Part shown: positions 11,901 to 22,847 of the stretch, one piece after another
Numbering within the stretch: the first letter of the stretch is position 1
Layout of the letters: each line of letters begins with the position of its first letter
Source of the DNA: Bugula neritina
Lineage: Eukaryota > Animalia > Bryozoa
Reading direction: 5' to 3'
Length of the DNA: 64,000 nucleotides
NCBI GenBank assembly: GCA_964035545.1
Contig: OZ037767.1
Span: 20,228,628 to 20,292,627, forward strand
The notes under the pieces: generated by a model
What the model saw: the letters and a program-made list of their open reading frames with translations, nothing else
What the model was told of the DNA's origin: nothing
The model's database searches: none
Translations under genes and position numbers: made by a program

Positions 11901-13192
11901 CAGCTCAGTTGGATAGAGAAAGGCCTTCCTCCAGTTACTCCCGGCAGGTAATGTTATCATTTTAAAGTAGCCGTAGAATACGAGAAAGTCGTATATTGAA
12001 AAAGAATAAATACCTGTCTAAATGTTAAAATATGATGACTGCTGGCTTTGAGCTTGTTGTGTCATACAAGTAAATTGAATTCTCGACTATGAATATTGAC
12101 CATTTCAGTGGACACCTGAAATTAGCCAATAATTGCTTCACTTCCCTCACGCACTGTTGCTGGCCAGAACTTGGTAGGTGGTGTGTGATGCTCCGTAACG
12201 GCTGACTTATCAGTTGATGACATCACCAACTTGTTTTCTCTCATCACTCTGGCATTTAGTTTCAATGAAGTTATTTTCAGTATTTCTCTCAGGGCGTGTT
12301 TGTTTGCTGCACATAAATGAAAACAGCAGTATGACTTTTTAAATAGAAAAGCTTTGCTTATACTGTATAACATACTTGTCAATAAGGATTATACCAACTA
12401 TAACACTGTGCTCTTAAAAACCATTGTCTTCTGATATTTTCTTAAGATTGACGATTTTTTATTTTGTTTGACATTTTCAGGTTAGTTCTATAATAAAGTT
12501 CTTGCTTTAACTTTGTTGGTTTTCTAAGTGCACGTTCAAAAATTCAATATAACAGGGTAACTGAACTTTTCATAAAAATAAATGATTTAAAATATGCTGT
12601 GGACTTTTAGTAAATTAAATAGACAACATCTACAAAATATCACTTTTGACCTGTATAAGCCTAGATATTTTTCTCTTTATACCTAGTGTCTCAAATTGTT
12701 TTTACTTTGTGATTTACTTCTACAACAGGTCGAAGCGACTTCTTCTGCACCCACCAATTATAATCATAAGCACCGAGCTTCAGCAGACACATATCAGAAA
12801 GAGTTGAATGCTACCTCCTACAAACGAGAAGTTGAAAGCAGGAATCAGACAACAGCGCATTTGTCTCGAGATCAGCAGCGTATCAGAGCGATGACAGCGA
12901 GGAGAGAAGAGAGGGACATGCTACAAGCTGCTAAACTACAGCAGCAGCAGAACCAGGCTAGGAGAAGTGTGGTAAGTGACTGCAGTCACTATGCTGAGAA
13001 TTATGGGTATTTTATATCCAACGGTGTTGTCAATAGTACTAAGACATATTTAGTAATTGCGAATAATATATCTTCATGTCTTAACAGGAAATGAAAAAAG
13101 ACCGGGCAGTAGAGAGAGATGCGACTGTGACAGCAGCCTTGAGGTCTGAGATAGCAAAAGAACGGGCAATGACTGCTTTACCATCAGCTTAG
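5966..13192 (+). CDS. VWA-domain + DUF4537-like (VWA3B/C11orf16-related) protein with coiled-coil and RS-rich C-terminal half, ~1079 aa
   Basis: Coding exons 5966-6107, 6503-7295, 7656-7803, 8559-8784, 9171-9455, 9755-9962, 10258-11006, 11433-11704, 11879-11947, 12729-12971, 13088-13192 sum to 3240 nt in one frame. VWA MIDAS motif FLIDTSGSM plus GTNT and LITDG. VLARRTSDGVYYRA and GDKVLAP...YEPGTVI resemble DUF4537 repeats (recognised by eye). Intron 9963-10257 is GC-AG. Confidence 0.85.
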
Positions 13193-16100
13193 TTTCAATT
13201 CCTTCAATGTCTATTTAGTGTCAACATGCTTTCTCAATTTTTATTTTTTCTTAGCACATTCTAGAAGTAGTGAATTTTGCCAGTTATAGTTTTATTAGAT
13301 AAAATTAGCAAATTATAGCCTTTAACACATAAAATCAACCAGTTACAGCTTTTGATACATTAATTTATTTAAGATGATTTGTTGCATACTCTTCACCAAT
13401 TACTTTCATGTTACAAAAACTATTTATTAAGAAACCAATGCTAAATTCCTGTAAACCTCAGGCTAATAGTCTTATGCTATCCATTGTTTAATTGATGTTG
13501 TTCTTTTTTTAGTATAGCCTAGTACACCTGTCATAGTTTATCTACATGTCAATTTTCTCTGTTACCTTAACTTAGGATACATGACTATACAGAAATATGT
13601 ATCAAACTATATGTTAACACATTATTTATATTAAAATTGTTTTCAATATATTTTTCTAATTACTGTGTGACAAGTTATTGCATTCTATAAATAGAATAGC
13701 TGGAATATCTAATATTTATCTGTTTCCATAATTTTTTTGCAAAGCAAATCTCAGCTTGAAGCTATTTCGATACTTTTGAAATCATGAATGTTGGCCATAT
13801 TTATTTGCTAAACTTCGTTATACTTTCTACTTTATAGCATAGTGCTCTGATTACATGTTTTACACCTTTGCAACTATAATTTTTTAATTTACTCTTCCAA
13901 CTGCCAAATAAATAAGTCATATAGCAAAATCATCCTGTAGGCTTTTTGTTACGTCACTTCATTTCCATTACATTGCATTACTCGAATGGGTGCGGCTTGC
14001 ATGAACCCATGGCTGTGGTTTCATTCAATATAACTGTTTCCAAACATCCATTTGCATAATGCAAAGCTGGGATATGCATGCAGTGTATATCAAATAAATT
14101 ATATTATATACTTTTTACAGCTAGCTTGTATGTTTGAAAGAGACTTTGCTCAAACATACACAGTATGGTTGCAATATTATCTCATACAATCTACCGTACC
14201 AACACACAGGAATATATTTTTTTTGATACCACTTTTTATATTGGATTAATTTTCTTGTTCACATTTTGAACTGCTTACACTAGCTGTAATAGTAGTATAT
14301 TATAAATCCTCAAAGTGATAGCAATGTTACACTAGCGTTACATTGCATAATTATATGATGCTTCCTTTATAACCTATACACATTAAGTTGATCTCAACAT
14401 GCACACATGTATTTGCTGGATGAATATTTTTCAAGTTGCTTGAATTTTCTGGAAATACATTCTGTACAGTAAATTATCATAGTGACTATATGCATTTTCT
14501 AGAAAAAACTAAAATTGAGTTTGTATTTTTGATATTATTGGTAGACATACTAGTCAATAAAGGCTATTGCTAACATGGCTATTTACTACTATCAAGATTC
14601 AAGACTATTGAAACTTCGATATTATAGGAGACATCACTTTGGACTTGCCTTATTAAACAAGTTGTAATGCTAGAAAAACATTATCAGTCAGTTCTTGAGT
14701 GGTGCAGTGTGGTTCCCTTGAACTATGTGGTATGGTTTAGACTCTAGCTGGTAAAAGTAATTGAAATTAATGCTGTTGTATAGGTACGATAAAGAGTATA
14801 TGAATGTTGTACTATATGATTTCAACTGCATGCTTTTACAGGAGATAAAAAATATAACAACTTGCTACTTGTCAGTTTGTTACAAAGTTTGACATTGTTC
14901 TTGTAAAATTTTGCAAGATGAATTATATTTAAGAATTGTATTCTCTTTTTTTAATTTATATCCCCTTGCTATAACGGGGACATCGAGCAGCAGCACGATA
15001 ACAATATTGCTGTGTTGTTCGCAAACCATTTATCGAGCTGGGCGTTTGAAGGGGATTCCCCAGTAAATGGCAACACCTTTGCAAGATGACGGGCCCTTCC
15101 GCTTTCCGGGCATTTGAGTTTTAGGGCAACTTAGTTACCAATTGATTAATCATAATAATAATCAGAATGGCAGACATTCTCAATCATAGTCTGAGTTAAA
15201 CTCATAATAATAGCGATGCTGATAAGTAATCGTTATAGTAAATAACTATAGGTAATACTAATAGTTAAACGCACGCTGACATTCACAGCGATCATTACAC
15301 TTACACTTACAGTGAGTGTAACACATGAACTGAAGCTATTACCAATACTCAATACCTGTTAGTTCATAGTTGTTAGTGTTACCATCATCATGAATGGCCA
15401 AGGGCATGTCCATTATTACTGATAATCATTATCTTTATGATTATCATTATGACTATGAGTATGAGTATGACTATCACTATGACTAATCAGTTTATGTATC
15501 AGTTATTACTTATTACTATCAGTATCACATAGTCATATGCGTTGTAGTTCACTGTGACTATCACTATGAGTATGCCCAACTATCATCTATGGCAAAGTGA
15601 ATCATAATGATTATAATAAGGTAACCATATACTTAAAGTTAATCTTATACTTATACTTATAGTTATGCTTATACTTGTAGTTATACTAATACTCAATATT
15701 ATGGCACTATTCTCCGTAAAGGTAATTACTAATAAGTAAGGATGAAAATTGAACTTGTGAATTGAATTAAACTTCTTAGTTTGTGCATTAGTTTACACTT
15801 GATGACTTAGTCTTATGCTACTGCTACTACTACTACTTTAAATTAATTTTACTATTTCTAATTCTAGTATTAATATTTAACTGACAATTGTTAAGTTTGA
15901 AAGAAGGGTTTCTTTTTTTAAAACATAATACCTTAGTAACTTTTACTTTTCACTTAGTTTGTGGCTTATAGTTATAGTTGTACTTCAAATCAAAAAGAAT
16001 AATAATAGTATATATTAAATTTTTTCTTATTTAAGTATACCTATTGACTTTAAGATTACCTGGTTAAAAATATTTGATTTCCTAGAATATTACTATTGGT

Positions 16101-16278
16101 ATTATTATTAACATATTTTTGCTAAAAAGTTACTGTGAAGCTTTTAATTTCGGTTTGAGTTTCAGTGTTACTTTTATTTTGCAAAACAATAATTATGCCT
16201 TCATTAACTTACTGCACCACCGCTTTTTAAAGTTATTTGCTGAGGTTTTTGTAAATATTTTAAAACTTTTAGATAAAT

Positions 16279-19200
16279 ATGGCTGAAGCAGAATCTAAGG
16301 AAGTTGAGTGTGGATTTTGTTTGCTTAGAGATGGTCTAGAAAGTCCAAAATTGCTACCTTGTGGTCATGTACACTGTTCAGTTTGTCTGACTAAAAATGT
16401 CAATGTTAACGACCTGATCAGGTGTCCTTGGTGCAGGTTAGTTCTATAGTAATAGTGTTTATTACTTGTATGTAATAATAGTTGCTCCATTGTGTCACTG
16501 TTGGCTACTCCCTTTTTCATGTTTATATACTGTGTTTTTATGGTTCCTCTATTGATCTGTTATGTTGTAGGGAAGTATTTAATGTAAACATAGACAGTCT
16601 GCCTTCTGCTAATACAGAAGACAACTCTCTATCATGTGACGTCTGCACAAAGAAAAAGTTGAATGATGTACCAGCAGTCATCTATTGTACTATATGCCGT
16701 AAGCTCTTCTGTAGGAAGCATGATGAGGTATGTATTTGAGTTAATTTCAATAGTATTATAATATTGTTTCTCTTCTAGTCATGTTATAATCATAAAATGA
16801 ACACTTTCGTTATGATGAGTTATAATTTATTGTAACATATTTAGTCACATGATGATACCAATGATGACCACCAGAAGATGACCATCTCTGACTACAGAAT
16901 ACAAGCTAAGAGACTGGAAAGAAGGGTTTGCCCTAAACATACAGACCATCAGATCTGCCAAGGGTGCAGCGTCTGTGTTCAACTGTTCTGTGTGCAGTGC
17001 ATGTCTCAGACTAACTTGTGTGTTGGAGGTAATGTATTCTTGTAACTGATTCTATTGATTAAATGACTATAATTTGGTTTGTAGCAGGTGTCTTAGTAAT
17101 CATTTATCTGTTTGTGCTTGGCTTTTGCATTATACTCTGTTTCCATCTTTCTTAGTTTATGGTTCATTCTGTTATACATATTCTATATACACAGGTTTGG
17201 CACACAAAACCGTCAGTCTAGACAATCTGATTCAAGAACTAATCGGTCTTGATAAACTGACTGATAGAGAAGATAAGGTGGCTGATCTCTATAAACAGAT
17301 TTCTAAAACTATCTCCGACTTTGAAATTGAGACATTGGAGTTGTTATCCCTTCTCCACACACATCGAGATGAACAGGTGGGATTAGTAATAGACAGTCTG
17401 AACATTATTTAGTTTGTGTAGACAGTCTGTACTCTATTTAGTTTGTGGAGGAGGTAGTATTTTGAGTAAAGGCCTGGCCACACACTCATGAGAATGACGC
17501 AATAGTCGTGTGAATATATTTATGAGTTATTCTCTAGTTATGACCAGCTACACGTTCGTCAGAGGAAACACATAATAAATATGGGTCCTGCACCAGATAA
17601 TAATAGCAGAAGATTGCCAGTCACAGAAAAACTAAAATAAAAACTGTTGCTAAAATTCTATTGACTAATCAAGTGGTGTTTATCTTCAATTGCGTTCTTT
17701 CGTTCTTAGTCTTCTGTGGTTGCACTCAGTGAACACGATTTTGTATGAACTCTTTCAAAATTGAGTTTTCGTGTAAAATAACCGATTTCGTGTGATTCTT
17801 ATGAGTGTGTGACCAGGCCTTAATACTGTAACTATCATGCACTTATAGAGAAGTATACACGTGTTGTATGTTTGTTTATTGCCTGTTTTCTGTCTGTCAT
17901 ACTATACTCATACTTTATATAATATAATACATGCTTTAGCTGACTGAAATAAGACTAAAGTATGAAGTACTTGAGGAGAAATTCTTAGCTAGTAGAAAGA
18001 AGACTAAAGAAGCACTTGATGCGTACATGGAGAGAGAAGTTGGAACTGTTTTGTCTGAACTGAGTAAAAGTAGAATGAAGATAGAAGCTCAACTCAAACA
18101 AAGCCACCAGGTAAGGGAATTTTCTCAAATGGGAGAAACACCTGTAAACACTTCTTGGGCCATCAATTGAAATCATATCAGCTAAATTGGTGGACACACA
18201 CGTGTCTACTTTGAGGTGCACTATAACATCTATATTAGAAGTATAGAGTGGGTAGTAAATATACAAAAGAGCACTCGTAAGTGGTTGGTAAAGGCATTGG
18301 TTACCGCCTTTCAACTAGTTAAGTTACTGTTGGGACTTTACATAAGCTGGGAAAGCTTTTCTCTAATTCATGACAGCTTTTCACATACCATCTCAGCTAT
18401 GCCAGCTATATAATGCTTTTTCTACACTTATTATGACTAACCTTTTTGACTAGTATAAAAACCAAGCATTTTCACTTATCTTGTTACACACTTGTAACTT
18501 TCAACTTATAACTTATGATATAACCTTTTTCACATTGCTACTTTCTTTCAGTCTGCGACAATAAATATTTCTATACATTAAAACACAACCTTGATCTTTG
18601 CATAGTTTTGTTGCTAGTCACTAGTCTAGCTTTGTTATTGATGGGCACAACCGTTCCTTAATTTGGAAATTGTGTGCTCACATTATTTCATTGCTTGCTG
18701 TGGTGAAAATTCCATTTCTGCCAAATATGTGATGCCATAGGTTCATCTGCGGTAAGAAAGGAAGTCTTTTTGATAATCACTCATTTGTTAGTAAAAGTCA
18801 TGAGCTCAACTTTACAACTTGTTATCTGAGGGTTTGAGTGTTGATATACTGATATCTGATTGATGTATCTAATTAATAGAATAACTCAGTCATACTCAGT
18901 AGTGTGTGGGAGTTGGGTGCTCATGTGTATATGATCCTCTATAGTACTTCTATGTTGTTACACAGGTTGACCTGATTGAAGGACACACAGAAATAGAAGA
19001 TAAAATACAAAGACATTTAGTTGAGATACCTAAATTAGAGCTGTGTGATATCATATCTCTAGAGGTCAAAGGTTAGTCAGCATATTAAACTTAAATTGCG
19101 GATTATCATGTTTATAAATGTTGAAGGCTAATTAGCTGTTTAAACAGGAGTAGTGTGAATTCATGTAGATAATGGTATAACGTGTTTTTTTATCAACTAT

Positions 19201-20849
19201 ATTATGTTAGTATACTAGTGTGTATATTTATAGGATAACAAATATCACATGACTTCTTATGTATTTTACAGAAAAGAAGAGAGATGTAGAGGTAGATGTC
19301 GTGTCTGCAGCAGATGCATCTATTAGCTTAAACCGAGGAGTGACAACCTCCACTTTCCCAAAATCTGTCAAGCTCTTGCAATCAATTGATGTTGATAGCT
19401 CTTGTTTTTCTGTTTGTAAATATAAGGGCAACACTTACGCAGGTCTATGTTATAGGGTGGACAGAGTCGATGAAAGCTATAATGTTACTAAATCTTTTCT
19501 TAGTACTAATGAATTTGTATATGGCATCGCAGTTTGCAATGATCAGCTGTTCACCTTAGTAGGCTACAGTAACTGGAAGGTGCATGTGTATGATCTCAAT
19601 GGGAATCAGGTGACCAGCTGGTCCCATCGTGATAGTTGCGGAAAAAGGAACAAACTCGCTATTCTGGATGATCAGGTTGTAGTCCCCAACAGACAAAGTA
19701 AGAAACTAACACTCTACTCTCTTACTGGAGAGGTAATAAAACACGTCCCTTGCTCTACACTGGGTAAAAATGATGTAGCTGTATGTGCAGCAGACAGACA
19801 TTGTGTAGTAGTTTCTGATACGGGTTCCTCTCAAGTACTTAAGTTAGACTTGACAACAGAGAAAGTCATCTGGACATGTAAGGATGTGTCTGAGCCACAA
19901 GGTGTGACCTGCTATAGAAATAGATACATTCTTGTGACCAACCGGAGCAGTAAAACCACCATCTGGATACTGGATGTAGAAACAGGTCAGTGGCTATACT
20001 TTACCTTGCGTGAAATTCTTGTTTTTTTAGTCTAGCATCATTTTCTCAAGTGGAGATTGTTGTGTGACATATTTGACGATTGCGTTTTGGTAACTCACTA
20101 ATGTAGGGTTAAGGTTGCAGTCTTTAACAGCAACGGGTTAGGATAGGTGATGTTAATGCCAACTGTCTCACTAAACTTACATCTGAAACTCCTGGGTGGT
20201 GTATCTTAAGTATAGCAAATTTAACTATAGATAGAAATTAAGAATTTTAGGAAGCATTTCACTAGTATAATAAAACAGTTTTTCATTACATATTATGGGC
20301 TCCATCTACATATATGTCTTTATGCAGTGAAAGGACTTTTAGTCTAGACTAGAATATGTAAATTTACTTGCATTTCTGTTCACCACATCACTCCCTGTTG
20401 CAGGTAAACAACTGCATAAGATAGAAGATGCTACTGAGAGAAGTCTCAGTGAAGTACTAGACCTACATCTGTATGAAGACACTCTGATTGTGCCCAGACG
20501 TAATGAACATAAGGTTCTGTTTTACCAGCTAAACAGGTATTTAACTCATAATATATACACTATAGTATATACTCATAATACACTCACTAGATGTATATTA
20601 TATACTCATAATATACACTAGATGTATAGTATATACTCATAATATGCAGTATATGTATAGCTTAGAAAGACTTGGTCACTCTCCTATCAGAAGTGTCGGC
20701 CTGTCGTCTGCTATCAAGTATCAACTCACCTGCATATGTCTGTCACTTCTATCTTGGAAAGAGGTGAACAAAGAACAATCTCAAGTCAACACATTACACA
20801 TACATGGTCTTCAACACATTGTAACTGTATATTTTTATGTTTTAGATAA
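16279..20849 (+). CDS. TRIM-like E3 ligase: RING, two B-boxes, coiled coil, NHL-like beta-propeller, ~602 aa
   Basis: Exons 16279-16436 (RING CGFC..PKLLPCGHVHCSVC..CPWCR), 16571-16727 (B-box1 CDVC..CTICRKLFCRKH), 16845-17028 (B-box2 CPKH..CSVCVQLFCVQC), 17195-17376, 17940-18110, 18966-19071, 19272-19985 (propeller, e.g. PQGVTC), 20404-20536, 20846-20849; total 1809 nt in frame. The terminal 4-nt coding exon is less certain. Confidence 0.88.
17470..17820. mobile_element. PIF/Harbinger (Tourist-type) MITE
   Basis: TIR AGGCCTGGCCACACACTCATGAGAAT / ATTCTTATGAGTGTGTGACCAGGCCT with TAA on both sides (17467-17469, 17821-17823). Confidence 0.85.
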
Positions 20850-21296
20850 TGTGGAAAGACTAAGTTCTCTACTACTTAAGTTACTGATGGTATGAAAGGG
20901 CTGCACTACTTATCAAACTGACTTTCACTTACCAGCTCACCCTCTGGTATTGCTATAACATTGTCTGTAACATGTTGCATGTGTATAAAGCCAATACGTA
21001 CTATATGGCCTCCTATTACATGTCTATTAGTTTCAACTAACATACGATATATTATATTCAAAGCTAGTTTCAAATCTGATCACAGACTGTGGTCCCTGTG
21101 TTCAATATGATTCAATCACCAATATTGTGAGTTCCTAACATTTTATTTGTTTGAAAAATATCTTTCTTTTCTGGTTTGCTTCTTACAATTCTAGTATTTA
21201 TGCCTTTCCTATGCTATTACAATTAAATATCATTTTCAGAATTTTATAAATGTTTATTGTCACTGCATAATTGTCTGCCTTATGTCATACATCGTT

Positions 21297-21302
21297 AATA
21301 AA
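21297..21302 (+). promoter_or_regulatory. Putative poly(A) signal of the TRIM-like gene
   Basis: AATAAA about 450 nt after the stop, followed by T-rich sequence. Confidence 0.55.
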
Positions 21303-21477
21303 ATATATTTCATAAACAAATTTTGAGTTTCTTACCCAAGTTCTTTGTTGATAGTATACTTAGTGTTTATGATTTACAGCCTCCTGTCCACAGTTCATGT
21401 TTTGTTCAACGAACTTTGATTTACAAGCTGCATGACCCTTAGATAGTGTCATACAACTATAATTATGTGTATAGCCT

Positions 21478-21530
21478 ATGTGTGTGTGCGAGAGCGCGTG
21501 TGTGTATATGTATATACATATATGTGTATA

Positions 21531-21582
<52 letters not shown>
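21478..21582. repeat. (TG)n/(TA)n microsatellite
   Basis: Directly visible. Confidence 0.95.
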
Positions 21583-21583
<1 letters not shown>

Positions 21584-21702
21584 ATTGTATCGTGAGATTT
21601 TTAAAAAACAGCGGATAAAAAAGTGCTCAAATTATTATGTGTATAATAATGAGCAATTATATTATTGAGGAAAAGAGCAATTTAATTATATAGATGTTGT
21701 TT

Positions 21703-21753
21703 TATTGCACTACTAATAGTTTCATGCCTCTTCGGCACTCCTCAGGCACAATA
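21703..21753 (-). ncRNA. Minimal type I hammerhead ribozyme motif (mirror copy in the left palindrome arm)
   Basis: Exact reverse complement of 21827-21877. Confidence 0.75.
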
Positions 21754-21826
21754 TTGACGAATTTAAATTTTTACATTAAGAAAATCAAAATTTGATTTTC
21801 TTAATGTAAAAATTTAAATTCGTCAA

Positions 21827-21877
21827 TATTGTGCCTGAGGAGTGCCGAAGAGGCATGAAACTATTAGTAGTGCAATA
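21827..21877 (+). ncRNA. Minimal type I hammerhead ribozyme motif
   Basis: UAUUGUGC-CUGAGGA-GUGCC(GAAGA)GGCAU-GAAA-CUAUUAG-UA^-GUGCAAUA: 8-bp stem I (2 GU pairs), CUGANGA and GAAA core, 5-bp stem II, very short stem III, GUA cleavage triplet (cut after 21869). Confidence 0.75.
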
Positions 21878-21917
21878 AAACAACATCTATATGATTAAAT
21901 TGCTCTTTTCCTCAAGA

Positions 21918-21950
<33 letters not shown>

Positions 21951-22048
21951 TATATCTCAATCTGTGGACAGCAGCTGTTTCGGGATTTGTCCCCTCATCA
22001 GCACAGAACAGAGTACCATGGCCCATATATATATATGTATATATATTG

Positions 22049-22079
<31 letters not shown>

Positions 22080-22165
22080 ATATATGTGTATATATGTATA
22101 TATATATGTGTGTGTGTGCGTGTGTGTGTATACATATATATACACACACACACATATACACATAT
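21918..22165. repeat. (TA)n/(TG)n/(CA)n microsatellites flanking the second hammerhead
   Basis: Directly visible at 21918-21955 and 22025-22165. Confidence 0.9.
21961..22007 (-). ncRNA. Type I hammerhead ribozyme motif, second family, canonical GUC site
   Basis: UCUGUG-CUGAUGA-GGGG(ACAAA)UCCC-GAAA-CAGCUGCUG-UC^-CACAGA: perfect 6-bp stem I, complete core, stem III ACAG/CUGU containing the palindrome CAGCUG. Confidence 0.85.
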
Positions 22166-22226
22166 TCAGATTGACAGCTGATTTAGGAAAGATTTACATT
22201 ATAAAAGAAAGGCATTTTCAAATTTT

Positions 22227-22232
22227 TTTATT
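22227..22232 (-). promoter_or_regulatory. Putative poly(A) signal of the mGluR gene
   Basis: AATAAA on the - strand about 615 nt after the stop codon; other AATAAA candidates lie closer to the stop. Confidence 0.4.
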
Positions 22233-22847
22233 TCTCAAATCTAATGAGATTTACTACTACAAAATCATCAAAATTTGAATGGTGCTAAAACAGAAAATAC
22301 TGAACAAGTACATGTAGCACCATTATACAGAAGTACCAATAACAATATTATGTTTATAGACAAGAACTGTGAAAACATAAATAATAAACAAGAGTATAAC
22401 AAATACAAGTCCATAAACAGAGATTAAATTTCGTGCTATTAGAATAAAATTCAACATTGAGTTTGCGTATTCAAACAATAATTATGGAGCCTGCGCTTAG
22501 TACAATAAATATCATGGAATGTTGTGTGAACTGTGCAGTCCGAGATTCATAAAACATGACGAAGTAAAGTTACTTCTTTAAACAACGATACAGACGGCCG
22601 GGTTAGTTGCAGACGTACTAAACTAGTAGGCCTATACAATATGAAATAGCCAAAAACATTTCGAGATTCACAATTGTGTGTTAAACCTTTAAACTTTGGC
22701 AAACTTGGACATCATTTTAAGAATTTGCTATAAAAATGAGTTTCAACTAGCGTTTTAATAAAGCTATATTGGAAAATTTCTTTATAAGTTCTAAAAGATT
22801 AAGGTTGCGTTGCTAACACTTTACCGATTTAGATAAGGTTCTAGCTG

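Larger units (their letters stand above)
21665..21915. repeat. Near-perfect palindrome, 125-bp arms, 1-nt spacer at 21790; probable inverted Penelope-like element remnant
   Basis: 21665-21789 is the reverse complement of 21791-21915 with one mismatch that I could see (TTAATTATAT vs ATATGATTAA). Confidence 0.95.

Noticed and set aside
15000-15130. Promoter of the TRIM-like gene (CpG-richer patch with tandem GGAA motifs)
   Set aside because: Plausible, but I could not define a first exon or donor, so it is not reported as a feature.
21891-22278. ORFs rich in Y/I/C/V/H/T
   Set aside because: Dinucleotide microsatellite translations.
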